Origin: Octopus sinensis | Taxonomy: Eukaryota | Length of the DNA stretch: 64,000 nt | Reading direction: 5' to 3' | NCBI RefSeq assembly: GCF_006345805.1 | Contig: NC_043019.1 | Location: forward strand, 22,877,360 to 22,941,359 | Shown here: positions 1 to 10,853 of the stretch, piece by piece | Layout of the letters: the number at the start of each line of letters is the position of its first letter | How positions within the stretch are numbered: position 1 is the first letter of the stretch | The notes under the pieces: generated by a model | What the model saw: only the letters and a program-made list of their open reading frames with translations | The model's database searches: none | What the model was told of the DNA's origin: nothing | Translations under genes and position numbers: made by a program

Positions 1-220
1 TGCCCTTGAATAGTACTTTATTTTATGGACCCCCAAAAGGATAAAAAGCGGAAGTTGATCCCAAGATGATTTGAATTCAGGGTGCACAGAACTGGAAATA
101 AATATTGGTTTCAAATTCTTGTACAAAGCCAGTAGTTGTACCGAACCCCAGTGCTCGACTGGTACTTACTTTATCGACCCCAGAAGGATGAACTCAGACA
201 GTAAAGACGGGCGAAATACC

Positions 221-452
221 TATTTCTTTACAACCCACAAGGGGCTAAACACAGAGAGGACAAACAAGAGCAGACAAAGGGATTAAGTCGATTATATCGA
301 CCCCAGTGCGTAACTGGTACTTATTTAATCGACCCCGAAAGGATGAAAGGCAAAGTCGACCTCGGCGGAATTTGAACTCAGAACGTAGCGGCAGACGAAA
401 TACCGCTAAGCATTTCGCCCGGCTTACTAACGTTTCTGCCAGCTCGCCGCCT
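221..452 (-). mobile_element. tRNA-derived SINE family A (A1 tail), full length
   Basis: Minus strand: head GGCGGCGAGCTGGCAGAAACGTTAG (A-box-like), GAGTTCAAATTCC (B-box), core GTCGACTTTGCCTTTCATCCTTTCGGGGTCGAT, tail TTAGCCCCTTGTGGG..TAAAGAAATA. Many related copies occur in the window. Confidence 0.9.
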
Positions 453-834
453 TAGAACAGGAAATAAATATTGCAAAATATTTCTATCCGACGCTCTTCA
501 CGACTCTGTTAATCCGCCGATGGCAGGAAAAGTATAGCCTCGCTCGAGACACACTACCGCCCCTCGCCTCACTCAAGCAACGCAACAGGGTTTTGAACTA
601 TATGACAAATACAAACTTAAAGGTCCTGTATGGAGAGATATCACAGCAGCACACACATACGATTAGTTTTACTGTTTAAATTAATCATTGTTGCTATCAC
701 GACAATGTAAACATTTTGGCGCGAAAAATTCATTTAGTTTCCGCCATTAGTGATAAATTTGAAACGTTCTGAATATTTTTACACACACACATATACACGG
801 ATAGCTGTCTAAGAATCCATAAGTTAGAAAAAAA

Positions 835-1680
835 ATTGCGAGAAAGGTAATTTGGAGAATGAGGCTGAAAGGATTAAAGTCAGGCACTTTCATCTCTGGC
901 CCTGGATTGGTGAATTACTTCACCTTTCACCTTAAAAGGAAAATAGGGCTACAGAGAAAATGCCTGACTGTGAAGATGTTTGAAAATCGATGGAAGAATG
1001 TAGCACGGATGTTGCGTATGGATGTAACCTCGTGAATGCGACACAGGATGTATCTCGGGCATCAGTGGCGAGGCGGGGCTCGTGGGGTTCGAATTAAACC
1101 CGCTCCCCACTCCGTCTGTAATGTCTTCCGGTCTGTCCTAGCATTCGATTTTATATTTTAATTTTTGTCAACTTTTTAATGCCATTTTGGATCTTTTCGG
1201 TTTGAACGGCAGTTTTTTCTAGCGGTGTCATATGAAATTGTCACCCATAATTATGACCCTAGTATCGATCTATTGCATTTCAATCTGTTTTAGGGTTAGG
1301 GTTAGGGGGAAAGGTATCTTTTTTTCTTCACAAATGTAAATCAACCCAATCTGTTTCTTAAACGAGGGACATATTCATACGGCACAGAATGGGGTTTTTT
1401 TACTTCAATAGACGTCATTGATTAGTTGAAATTGCAGAAATTGAAGAAAAAAACAACAAATATCTTACAAACTATAGAATTTTCTCAATAAAGCCAAGAG
1501 AAAAAGATGTTTTATAAACACATTCTACCAGTACACGAAGTTTAAAAGTGTTTAGTTACGTGGAAATTATTTTTAAAAACTGCCGTTAAAACCGAAAAGA
1601 TCCGCCATTTTTTGTATAATCATTCGTTCAGTTTATATTGTCCCCTATTTGTTAGCCCCTTGTGGGTAATAAAAAAAAAA
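835..1680 (+). mobile_element. 3' end of an L1/Tx1-like LINE (ORF2 C-terminus 835-1035 plus 3'UTR and A-tail), interrupted by a MITE
   Basis: 835-1035 reads IARKVIWRMRLKGLKSGTFISGPGLVNYFTFHLKRKIGLQRKCLTVKMFENRWKNVARMLRMDVTS*, which I recognise as a Tx1/L1-type ORF2 C-terminus. It ends TTAGCCCCTTGTGGGTAATAAAAAAAAAA. A paralogous peptide lies at 3752-3990. Confidence 0.65.
1189..1603. mobile_element. MITE family M1 (GG..CC TIRs, 8-bp TSD; Merlin- or Mutator-like), copy 1
   Basis: TIR GGATCTTTTCGGTTTGAACGGCAGTTTT / AAAACTGCCGTTAAAACCGAAAAGATCC. TSD GCCATTTT at 1181-1188 and 1604-1611. Internal TTAGGG x3. Confidence 0.92.
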
Positions 1681-1911
1681 TCATCTCTTCGCTCGCGTTG
1701 GCGCTCACGTTGAACAACACTGCAACCTAGCAGCTCACAGCGGATTCTTAACCCGCTCTAACTTTACCCGTTATCTCCAGAGGTAATGTACCTCTCGCGA
1801 ACGGAGCTAACGAACTACGCGCTGACATAGAGATGGTCGCCGGGAGCAAACCCCATGAAATGAGAACCAAATAAACAACCACTGAATTGCACTCGCTTGT
1901 AAGCCTCTTTT

Positions 1912-2330
1912 GGATCTTTTCGGTTTGAACGGCAGTTTTCAACATAATTTCTAGGTAACTAAAAAATTTTAAACTTCGTGTACTGGTAGAATGTGTTTAT
2001 AAAACATCTTTTTCTCTTGGCTTTATTGAGAAAATTCTATAGTTTGTAAGATATTTGTTGTTGTTTTTTTCTTCAATTTCTGCAATTTCAACCAATCAAT
2101 GACGTCTATTGAGGTAAAAAAAAAAACATTCTGTGCCGTATGAATATGTCCCTCGTTTAAGAAACAGATTGGGTTGATTTACATTTGCGAAGAAAAAAAG
2201 ATACCCTTCCCCCTAACCCTAATCCTAGAACAGATTGAAATTCAATAGATCGATACTAGGGTCATAATTATGGGTGACAATTTCATATGACACCGCTAGA
2301 AAAAATTGCCGTTCAAACCCGAAAAGATCC
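1912..2330. mobile_element. MITE family M1, copy 2 (inverted relative to copy 1)
   Basis: Same TIRs. TSD CCTCTTTT at 1904-1911 and 2331-2338. Confidence 0.92.
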
Positions 2331-3254
2331 CCTCTTTTTCTTCGAGTTCCAGAATCCAAAGACTAGAAAAATTAATTGTAATGGGAGAAGGAGATACTTC
2401 ACAGGTAACAGGAACCTTCTAGCCCTATTATAACGTCATTCATCCTCTTTTCCAGCCTAGCGGCTTCATCTACGCCGCGAGGGAACGTTGTGTGGGTGAA
2501 TCACGCCAACTAATACTGAAAGACGGCCTCTCTCCCTCAACACACACACGTTATATACGGTGAAATGAAAAGTTATTTTACGCTGTTTCAACGAGAGGTA
2601 TGTACATACACACATATACATATTAAGCATATCTACACACATACCCTCTCTCCCACCCCACACACAAATGTTTGTGTTATTAACACAAGTGAGACAATTG
2701 TTTAAAAACAGTCAGTAAATTGCTGCCCTTATTTCACAATTTTTTTTAAGTGTTTAATAGTAGGATTGGCGGGCGATAAATTCATACCAAATGTTTTTTT
2801 AAAATATTGTTTTGATTGCTTATCTCTGTAACTAAACCCCGGACAAACACACACATAAAGGTCTCGCCTGTGCAGAAACGAATAATAATAATAATAATGG
2901 TTTCAAATATATTTATTTATTTATTTATTCTCATTTTCCTTTCCCAGTGGAACTTGGAAAAGTCGACGACGGCTTGGTCGTAAAACGTAGCGTTCCTTTC
3001 AATCATGTCCACTACACTACCTCCTTCGCCATAGCCAATAGACATACAAAAACTGCCTGCCTTTCTTGGTCAAAGGAAAAAGGCAAAACGATTGTGACAG
3101 TGGAGTCAGCCGATCGTTGGATACATGTTGTAGAAGTTGTTAGACATAACTCCATAAAGTCAGCAATGTCAAGCACTGTGTGAACGAGTGCAAAACGGTT
3201 TCGTCACTCTGCACACACCTCGAGCAAGTGCAGCTGTCGGTACTGCCACGTCTG

Positions 3255-3581
3255 TAGCATGACTGTGTAGTAAGAAGCTTGTTCCCCAACCACATGGTTC
3301 CGGGTTCAGTCCCACTGCGCGGCACCTTGGGCAAGTGACTTCTACTCTAGTCTAGAGCCGACAAAAGCCTTGTGGTGGATTTGGTAGACGGAAACTGAAA
3401 GAAACCCGTCGTATATATGTGTGTGTATCCCATTACTGCTTCACAGCAAAAGAGACCAATAGAATAAGTACCTGGCTTTAAAGAAATGAGTCCTGGGGAA
3501 GATTCGTTTAAATAAAATCCTTCAAGGTGCTTCCCCAGCATGGCCGCAGTCTAATGATTGAAACAAATAGAAGATAAAAGA
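3255..3581 (+). mobile_element. SINE family B, degenerate copy
   Basis: GGTTCAGTCCC B-box-like motif, GCACCTTGGGCAAGTG core, CCAGCATGGCCGCAGTC tail. Confidence 0.8.
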
Positions 3582-3751
3582 TAATCCAGTAATGACCACC
3601 CCTATCCTGGTAGCATTGCCAGGCCAAGGATTTCTGGAACAAAACAATGTACTGTGGAATTACAATGAACTGTGAAAACAGAGGTGACAAAAATGAGGGC
3701 TAAACAAGTTTTTAAAATTCATCCAAAAGGAAGAGCGGAAACCACAAAGTG

Positions 3752-3990
3752 TTACTTGTAGACATTCCACAAAACCACAATCCCCTGGCCCCTCCAATCT
3801 ACAGGCGCATGCTCAGAGTAGAGACATTCATTCAGATCACCGCCATCATCCATCGTTTTAACAAATATACTGGAAAGCATAACTTCGCTCTCTACTTTTA
3901 TTTTGCTTTTCAAGTCAAACGTGAACAAGCGGATGAGAGCTTGGCCAAAAACGTCTATCTTCAACCCTTTTAATCTCGCAAACCTTTTTC
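3752..3990 (-). mobile_element. Degenerate L1/Tx1-like LINE ORF2 C-terminal fragment
   Basis: Minus frame RLKGLKIDVFGQALIRLFTFDLKSKIKVESEV aligns by eye with RLKGLKSGTFISGPGLVNYFTFHLKRKIGLQRK at 835-1035. Confidence 0.6.
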
Positions 3991-4592
3991 ACACAAGTTA
4001 TTTAAAAACCGTTAATAGATTTAAGGTCAAAGGTAATTTAGAGAAAGAGGAGGAGAAAGAAAGAAATTAACAGAAAATTAAGAGTGGAGAAATATAGGGA
4101 ATAAAGCTTAAAAGCGTGGAAATAGATATATGTAGTGGAAATGAAATGTAAGAAGACAGTTATAGGTCGAATTTTACAGATAGGTAGAAATTACTTATAG
4201 GAACTAAAAAGTATGTTTTTGCCAATGTTTGCAATGATAAACGCATTCTTTAGAAGTGTTTACGAGAGTATTATCCGAGAAAAGGATGAGAAATTGTCCT
4301 TCGTTACAGAGCGGACAAAAACATTTACCTTTGTCATATGGGAAGGATCTAGATAGAATATTCCATTCCAAATCAAATTTGTTTATGTCCCTTTAGAGAC
4401 TAAATTAATTTACTAAGTCCAGTATGGTTGCGTTTATATATATATACATATACACACACACATAAAGAAGCATATACGCTTCCTGCGATGATTTGACAAT
4501 CGGTGATGAGTGACAATTCTGTCAATAATAATATTTTGCAAGCTTAAAGATTAGAAGCGTTCACCGTGCATTGACTAAAGCCTGCCCTAATA

Positions 4593-4822
4593 TTTATTTC
4601 TTTACTACCCACAAGGGGCCAAACACAGAGGGGACAAACAAGGACAGACAAAGCGATTAAGTCGATTCCATCGACCCCAGTGCGTAAATGGTACTTAATT
4701 TATCGACCCCGAAAGGATGAAAGGCGAAGTCAACCTCGGCCGAATTTGAACTCAGAATGTAACGGCAGACGAAATACCGCTACGCATTTCGCCCGGCGTG
4801 CTACCGTTTCTGCCAGCTCGCC
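4593..4822 (-). mobile_element. SINE family A (A1)
   Basis: Colinear with 221-452. Confidence 0.9.
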
Positions 4823-5041
4823 ATTGGGACTTATAAGCCCTCGACGGAAAAAAACCTAGGTTTATCGTACGCGTAGGAAAAGCCACTTTTTTCCGTCGAG
4901 GACTTATATGCCCCTATGCCCCAACAGACTATTTTCTTTAGTCAATACACAGTGATCGTTTATAAGCTTTAAGCTTACAAAATATTATGTAAGGCGATGC
5001 TTCAGCATGGCCGCGATTAAATGACTGAAACAAGTAAAAGA

Positions 5042-5084
<43 letters not shown>

Positions 5085-5090
5085 ATATAC

Positions 5091-5245
5091 GAGTGGCTGT
5101 GTGGTAAGTAGCTTGCTAACCAACCACATGGCTCCGGGTTCAGTCCCACTGCGTGGCATCTTGGGCAAGTGTCTTCTGCTATAGCCCTGGACCAACAATG
5201 CCTTGTGAGTGGATTTGGTAGACGGAAACTGAAAGAAGCCTGTCG

Positions 5246-5276
<31 letters not shown>

Positions 5277-5468
5277 TTGTGTGTTTGTCCCCCTAGCATT
5301 GCTTGACAACCGATGCTGGTGTGTTTACGTCCCCGTCACTTAGCGGTTCGGCAAAAGAGACCGATAGAATAAGTACTGGGCTTACAAAGAATAAGTCCCG
5401 GGGTCGATTTGCTCGACTAAAGGCGGTGCTCCAGCATGGCCGCAGTCAAATGACTGAAACAAATAAAA
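5091..5468 (+). mobile_element. SINE family B (tRNA-derived, CORE-like domain, internal (TA)n(TG)n)
   Basis: GAGTGGCTGTGTGGTAAG A-box, GGTTCAGTCCC B-box, GGCA(C/T)CTTGGGCAAGTGTCTT resembling the CORE-SINE domain, tail AAATGACTGAAACAA. It resembles the described octopus tRNA-SINEs (OK/OR types); exact name not assigned. Confidence 0.9.
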
Positions 5469-5812
5469 AAAAATTAAAAAAAAGATATATATATATATAT
5501 ATATAAGACGGCACTGTCTGGTTTGAAAATTGATTTAGAGCCACTTCAAAGGTACACACACACGTATATTATGATACGCAGGCATTCTTATAATACACAT
5601 ACACACACCAGCATTACGATGCACACATCTATCACGATATACACATACATACATACACGAGTATTATCTCACAAAAGTTACAGGTTTATTTAAATAAAGC
5701 AGCAGCAGCAGCAATGAGGAGGAAAGGCGAGGGAGTGAGATGAATGGAAATATGTGTACGGGTGGCAGTGAGAGGGAGAGAAGAAGGGGAGACAGAAAGA
5801 CAGAGAGAGGTG

Positions 5813-5845
<33 letters not shown>

Positions 5846-6737
5846 GGACGTTAGTTATATAAAAAAAAACCGCCTGTACACATACATACAGACATACACA
5901 CACCCACACACGCTGAGAACGAAAGACGAGTGCGACCAAAATGACATGCTAAGGCAAACAATTGATAAAACTGAAATGTCATCGTATATGTTTGTACACA
6001 CATTACTAATCCAGGTAGAGGTAGTTGGGCGTGGGTGGGTGTGTGTGTGCGTGAATATGAAATTTAATCTTGCCATGTTGCTATGAATGCAAATTCCACA
6101 ATAGTACTCGAGAGCATGATAAAAGAGCTCGTGTGCGTGCCATATGTATATATCATCTAAAACAATTCCATTCGGCTCTATACGACTTGAAGTTTCGCGG
6201 GCGTCTAACAGAATCCCGCCTCTTTCAAGTTTTAGATTACTAAATGTGTCAAGTGTCTTTTTCTTTCGTTTGTCCATTCATCGTGTGCGTGTATATATAT
6301 ATATATATATAATATATATATATATACACACACACACACAGGTATGTGTGTAGGTTTGTCTGTCTTATTTTACAGATTCCATATTTTGACAGAGAAACTC
6401 TGCTTTCGCTAATTTATAGCTAGTTCGTCAGAAACATAATATTCCGCTTCAGACAAGTTTAGTTGCGATTTAGCGAAAGCAGTTTCATTGACCAAAACAT
6501 TAAAACCTGTAAAATATAAACTATTTGCTCAGCAGTTATTTATAATATGTCTTTTTTTTTTCTCGTTTATTCTTATTTTCTCACAGTCCTGCGTCCTTCT
6601 TTTTAAAATATATCTAAAGCATAAACGGGGCCTGAAAGATTGCTTGGAGATACATGACACATTTTATAAATATGCTTATATCATAAAAGCATGAAACTAT
6701 CAGTAGTTTTTTCGGTTGTGTATTATATATATATACA

Positions 6738-7005
6738 TACACGGCCGGACGCGAGGCTTCGGCACGCAGCGACTCTTTGCTTGCTCCTCCTGTCTGACTT
6801 AATCTGGCCGTTTACCCGCACCTCGTCCCACTCGTTCGCCTTGTCGTCGACACCCTTTCACGTTTTCGAAGAAAAGCTATGCTCGAAACATAAAACAACC
6901 ACTCCTTTCCTTCTCTGAGCGTCTTATTAATACTTTACATATGCTATGTCCTCACGTTGTGTTTTTTCTTGTCTTTCCCTCCGTTTTTTTTAAATTAACT
7001 ATACA
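6738..7005 (+). repeat. (TA)n-flanked short element, diverged relative of family H
   Basis: GAAAAGCTATGCTCGAAACATAAAAC...CTGAGCGTCTTATTAATAC parallels the reverse complement of the 18861 and 26153 copies. Confidence 0.55.
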
Positions 7006-7184
7006 TATATTAGAGGCGACTCCGGGCCATCAGCGTCACTCGAGCTCATTGCAAATTTGAGAGCGATAGAGTAAGTACTAGGCTTACAAAGAATAAGTCC
7101 TGGGGTCGATTTGCTCGACTCAAGGCGGTGCTCCAGCATGGCCAGTCAAATGACTGAAACAAGTAAAAGAGTAAAGAGAGTATA

Positions 7185-7220
<36 letters not shown>

Positions 7221-7948
7221 CGCGCGCGCTCAGATATTTCAACATACATCCACAGATGCAAGCGCATTATTACAGAAATACATGCGCATGCACAAAAACC
7301 TTCTATGACAGAGAGAGAGAGAGAGGGAAGAAGAAGAAGAAAAAAAACAATAGTTGTAAGGCATTTTAAACTGAAGTCGAATCCCTACCCCACTCCCATC
7401 CATCCATCCCCCACTCCACCACCCGTGCCCGCATTTCTTTGCATTCCACTGCATCGAACGGTTTTTTTCTGCTGCACAACAAAGACTGCACTCCGCTCTG
7501 CTGACTGATTTGACAGCAGTGGAAGGTGGTGGCGGTGGTGGTGGTGGGAAGGCAATGAAATACCAAACTGCTCACTCTCTCACTCTCTCTCTCTCTCCCT
7601 CCATTCATTCTAATTTACCCTTACAAGCAATTTATAGCAGATAGAGTGGGGGGGGGGGGGGGTAGTAAGAGAATAAGGCAGGGGAATGAAAGAGTGAAGA
7701 TGAAAAGGACGGCGGGGGAGGGATGGGACGACGAGAGAGGGAAATATGTGAGAAGAAAGGGGGAAAAGGAGACGGTAAAAAGAAGAGAGATGGAGGGAGT
7801 GAAACAGAACAGCAAGAAGACAGATAGGGAGAAAGGGGGGGGGTTAAAGAAAGAAAAAGGGGGAAATATTGAAAGCAAGACTAGATATCAACAATAGAAA
7901 TGGCATAGAAGAAAGAGGTGGAGGGGGGAATACTGGGGTGTACGGAGT

Positions 7949-7962
7949 TAGATGGATAGATG

Positions 7963-7993
<31 letters not shown>

Positions 7994-8021
7994 GGATAGA
8001 TGGATGGATGGATGGATGGAT

Positions 8022-8077
<56 letters not shown>

Positions 8078-8402
8078 TGATAGATAGATATGATAGATAT
8101 GATAGATAGATATGATAGATAGACAGATAGATAGATAGAGAGAGATGGATAGATAGATAGATAGATATGATAGATAGATAGATAGATAGATAGTAGATAG
8201 ATAGATAGATAGATAGATAGATATGTTTCTTTATTAGCCACACAGGGCTGCACACAGACAGGACAAAATTACAAGGTAGAGCTTTTCTTTTGGGGATAAA
8301 AGAAGGGGGTTTGGTTTTCGATCAAAAGGGATGGTAAAAGGAAAGAAAGAGGACAAAAAAGGGGGGGAGATAGATAGATATGATAGATGATAGATAGATA
8401 TG

Positions 8403-8468
<66 letters not shown>

Positions 8469-8469
8469 G

Positions 8470-8521
<52 letters not shown>

Positions 8522-8556
8522 CAGATAGATAGACAGACAGATACATATGATAGATA
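7949..8556. repeat. (GATA)n/(GATG)n microsatellite array with a ~145-bp insert
   Basis: Direct reading; the insert lies at about 8222-8368. Confidence 0.95.
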
Positions 8557-9005
8557 AGCATAAGGTCGAGGATATTTGAGGGAATGGTGGTGGGGTCAGT
8601 CGGTTAGATCAACCCCAGTATTTGGCTGGTGTTGTATTTTCTACAGCCCGAAAATATGAAGGGCAAAGTTAAACCCAGATCAGACTTGAGCTGAGAACAT
8701 TAAATAACCAGAACTACATACTACGGTAAGGCGTTTTGTATGTCGTTCTACCGATTCTGCCAATCCAACTCTGTACGTATCTGTGTGCGTTTGTCTTTCT
8801 CCCAAATACACACATTTATCAGTCGATAGTGGAGGTTTGTTTACGTTCCGAAAACATTAGCGGTTCGGAAAAAGAAACCGATAGAATAAGTACGAAACTT
8901 TAAAAAAATAAGTACTGGGGTCAATCTGTTCGACTAAAATCCACCAAAGGCTGTGCTCCAGTATGACCGCAGCCCAGTGGCTGAGATAAGTAAAAAGTTA
9001 AGATA

Positions 9006-9039
<34 letters not shown>

Positions 9040-9040
<1 letters not shown>

Positions 9041-9405
9041 CTCTTTTACTTGTTTCAGTCATTTGACTGCGGCCATGCTGGAGCACCGCCTTTAGTCGAT
9101 CAAATCGACCCCGGGACTTATTCTTTGAAAGCCCAGTACTTATTCTATCGGTCGAACCGCTAAGTGACGGGGACGTAAACACACCAGCATCGATTGTCAA
9201 GCAATGCGAGGGGGACAAACACAGACACACATACATATATACGACAGGCTTCTTTCAGTTTCCGTCTACCAAATCCACTCACAAGGCATTGGTCGGCCCG
9301 GGGCTATAGCAGAAGACACTTGCCCAAGATGCCACGCAGTGGGACTGAACCCGGAACCATGTGGTTGGTAAGCAAGCTACTTACCACACAGCCACTCCTA
9401 CGCCT
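9040..9405 (-). mobile_element. SINE family B, full length
   Basis: Reverse complement of the 13425-13828 copy. Confidence 0.9.
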
Positions 9406-9644
9406 ATTATCATTAATAAAAAAAAAAGACATTACATTACATTTTATGCATAATGTCCAATGCATGTACACACGAGCGAAGACCTATGCACAGACACGTG
9501 CAGCATTATTGTTTAAATGCAGTTCAGTCCCGATTAGGCAGACAGACCTATGATCAAAAGCGTTCCAGCTATGACCATGCGGATTTTTTTAGACATAGTA
9601 TATCTACAACTGAACAATGTAAAAAAAATTTTTTTTTTTTTTTT

Positions 9645-9803
9645 GGCGATCCTTCGGTATGGGTACCGTAAGTGGCTTTGTTTACATAACAGAAACCCTT
9701 TTCTCCCATCCCTAACACAAACCCTAGCCCTAACCCCCCCCCCCATATAAAAAAAAACCCCACTTTCTTGAAATGTATCCGGTACCTATACCGAAGTTAC
9801 GCC
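9645..9803. mobile_element. Mini-MITE M2 (GG..CC TIRs) in a poly-T tract
   Basis: GGCGATCCTTCGGTATGGGTACCG / CGGTACCTATACCGAAGTTACGCC match at 20/24 as inverted repeats. T-runs on both sides; internal CCCTAA/CCCTAG. Confidence 0.7.
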
Positions 9804-10544
9804 TTTTTTTTTTCTTTTTTTAAAATAGTGTTGAGACGATGATGAGATATTTGGTTGTTATCTCTAGCAGTTCGGCTAGCCCCATAGAAATGCAAGCTCC
9901 TGTGTGTGTGTGAGGCGGAACCAGGTTCTAAAGTTGGTGGGGGAGCGAGCACATAAAAAAGGGCGCCATGACACATACCATACAATTTTTAACTCATTTC
10001 TCCTATATTACGCGAAATATCTCATTAGTTATGGCGTCTCTGTCGCTAACATACATGCAGCCATGATACATTCTTTTATCCTTTTATTGGTTTCAGCCCA
10101 AAGGTTGTGGCCATGCAGGGGCACCGCATGCACATAAATGTCTCCTACATTCATTAGTTTCATGTTTCAGTAACAACATCATAGGTGTGACGTGGAAGAG
10201 ATGAAACTCCACGGGATCGTCCAGTGTGGAAAGGCTTATGACGCCAGGGTTCTGCTTTTGTTCTTTGGATGTCAGCGGCCTACAATACGTCACAGGAGAT
10301 TCAGCAGACAGTTTCAGAAACCACGGGTGGCCGGTCAATAAAGTAATGACTTCTGAAAGTTCTTCCAATGCCATACGATTGACAAAAGAAGAAATTCGAC
10401 TTTTATTGCACAATGTGAACTAAAGAGTAAAAAAATTGAAATGAGCCAGTTTTTGAAAAATGTGCTCAAAGGAAGAGGTCGCCCCTCCTTTAGCTGCTGC
10501 ATACAGAGAGGATATATATATATATATATAAATTTTACATATAT

Positions 10545-10813
10545 ATTGTTTTTACGTATTTTTGTATTCTTATTCGTGTAACATCGTCCGTTTTTCCGTC
10601 CTTGTTTTGTATACATTCGAGGCTTTCTTCCAAGGAATCTAGTGCGCTTGGCTTAGATTTTCCTTTGGGGCTGGCCAGATCGGAGCAATCTCAAGATTAA
10701 TCAGCCGAAATTGCGAGGATGATCCGGTTCTTGACTGAAGATCGAAGGCTTCGAATATCCCGTCCGTGTTTTTTTGTATCATCTTCTAAATGTTTTGCGT
10801 TCTTGTCCCAGTT

Positions 10814-10816
<3 letters not shown>
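10545..10816 (+). repeat. (TA)n-embedded short element, family P (possibly Penelope-like-derived)
   Basis: TTCTTCCAAGGAATCTA..TTGGGGCTGGCCAGAT..TTGCGTTCTTGTCCCA. Homologues at 51100-51205, 58201-58405 and 58436-58870. Confidence 0.7.

Positions 10817-10853
<37 letters not shown>

Noticed and set aside
1290-1310. TTAGGG repeats as a telomere or chromosome fusion site
   Set aside because: Only 2-3 units, internal to a dispersed MITE.
7500-7520. TGATTTGACAG resembling a Pbx/Meis site
   Set aside because: A single imperfect short motif with no conservation evidence available.
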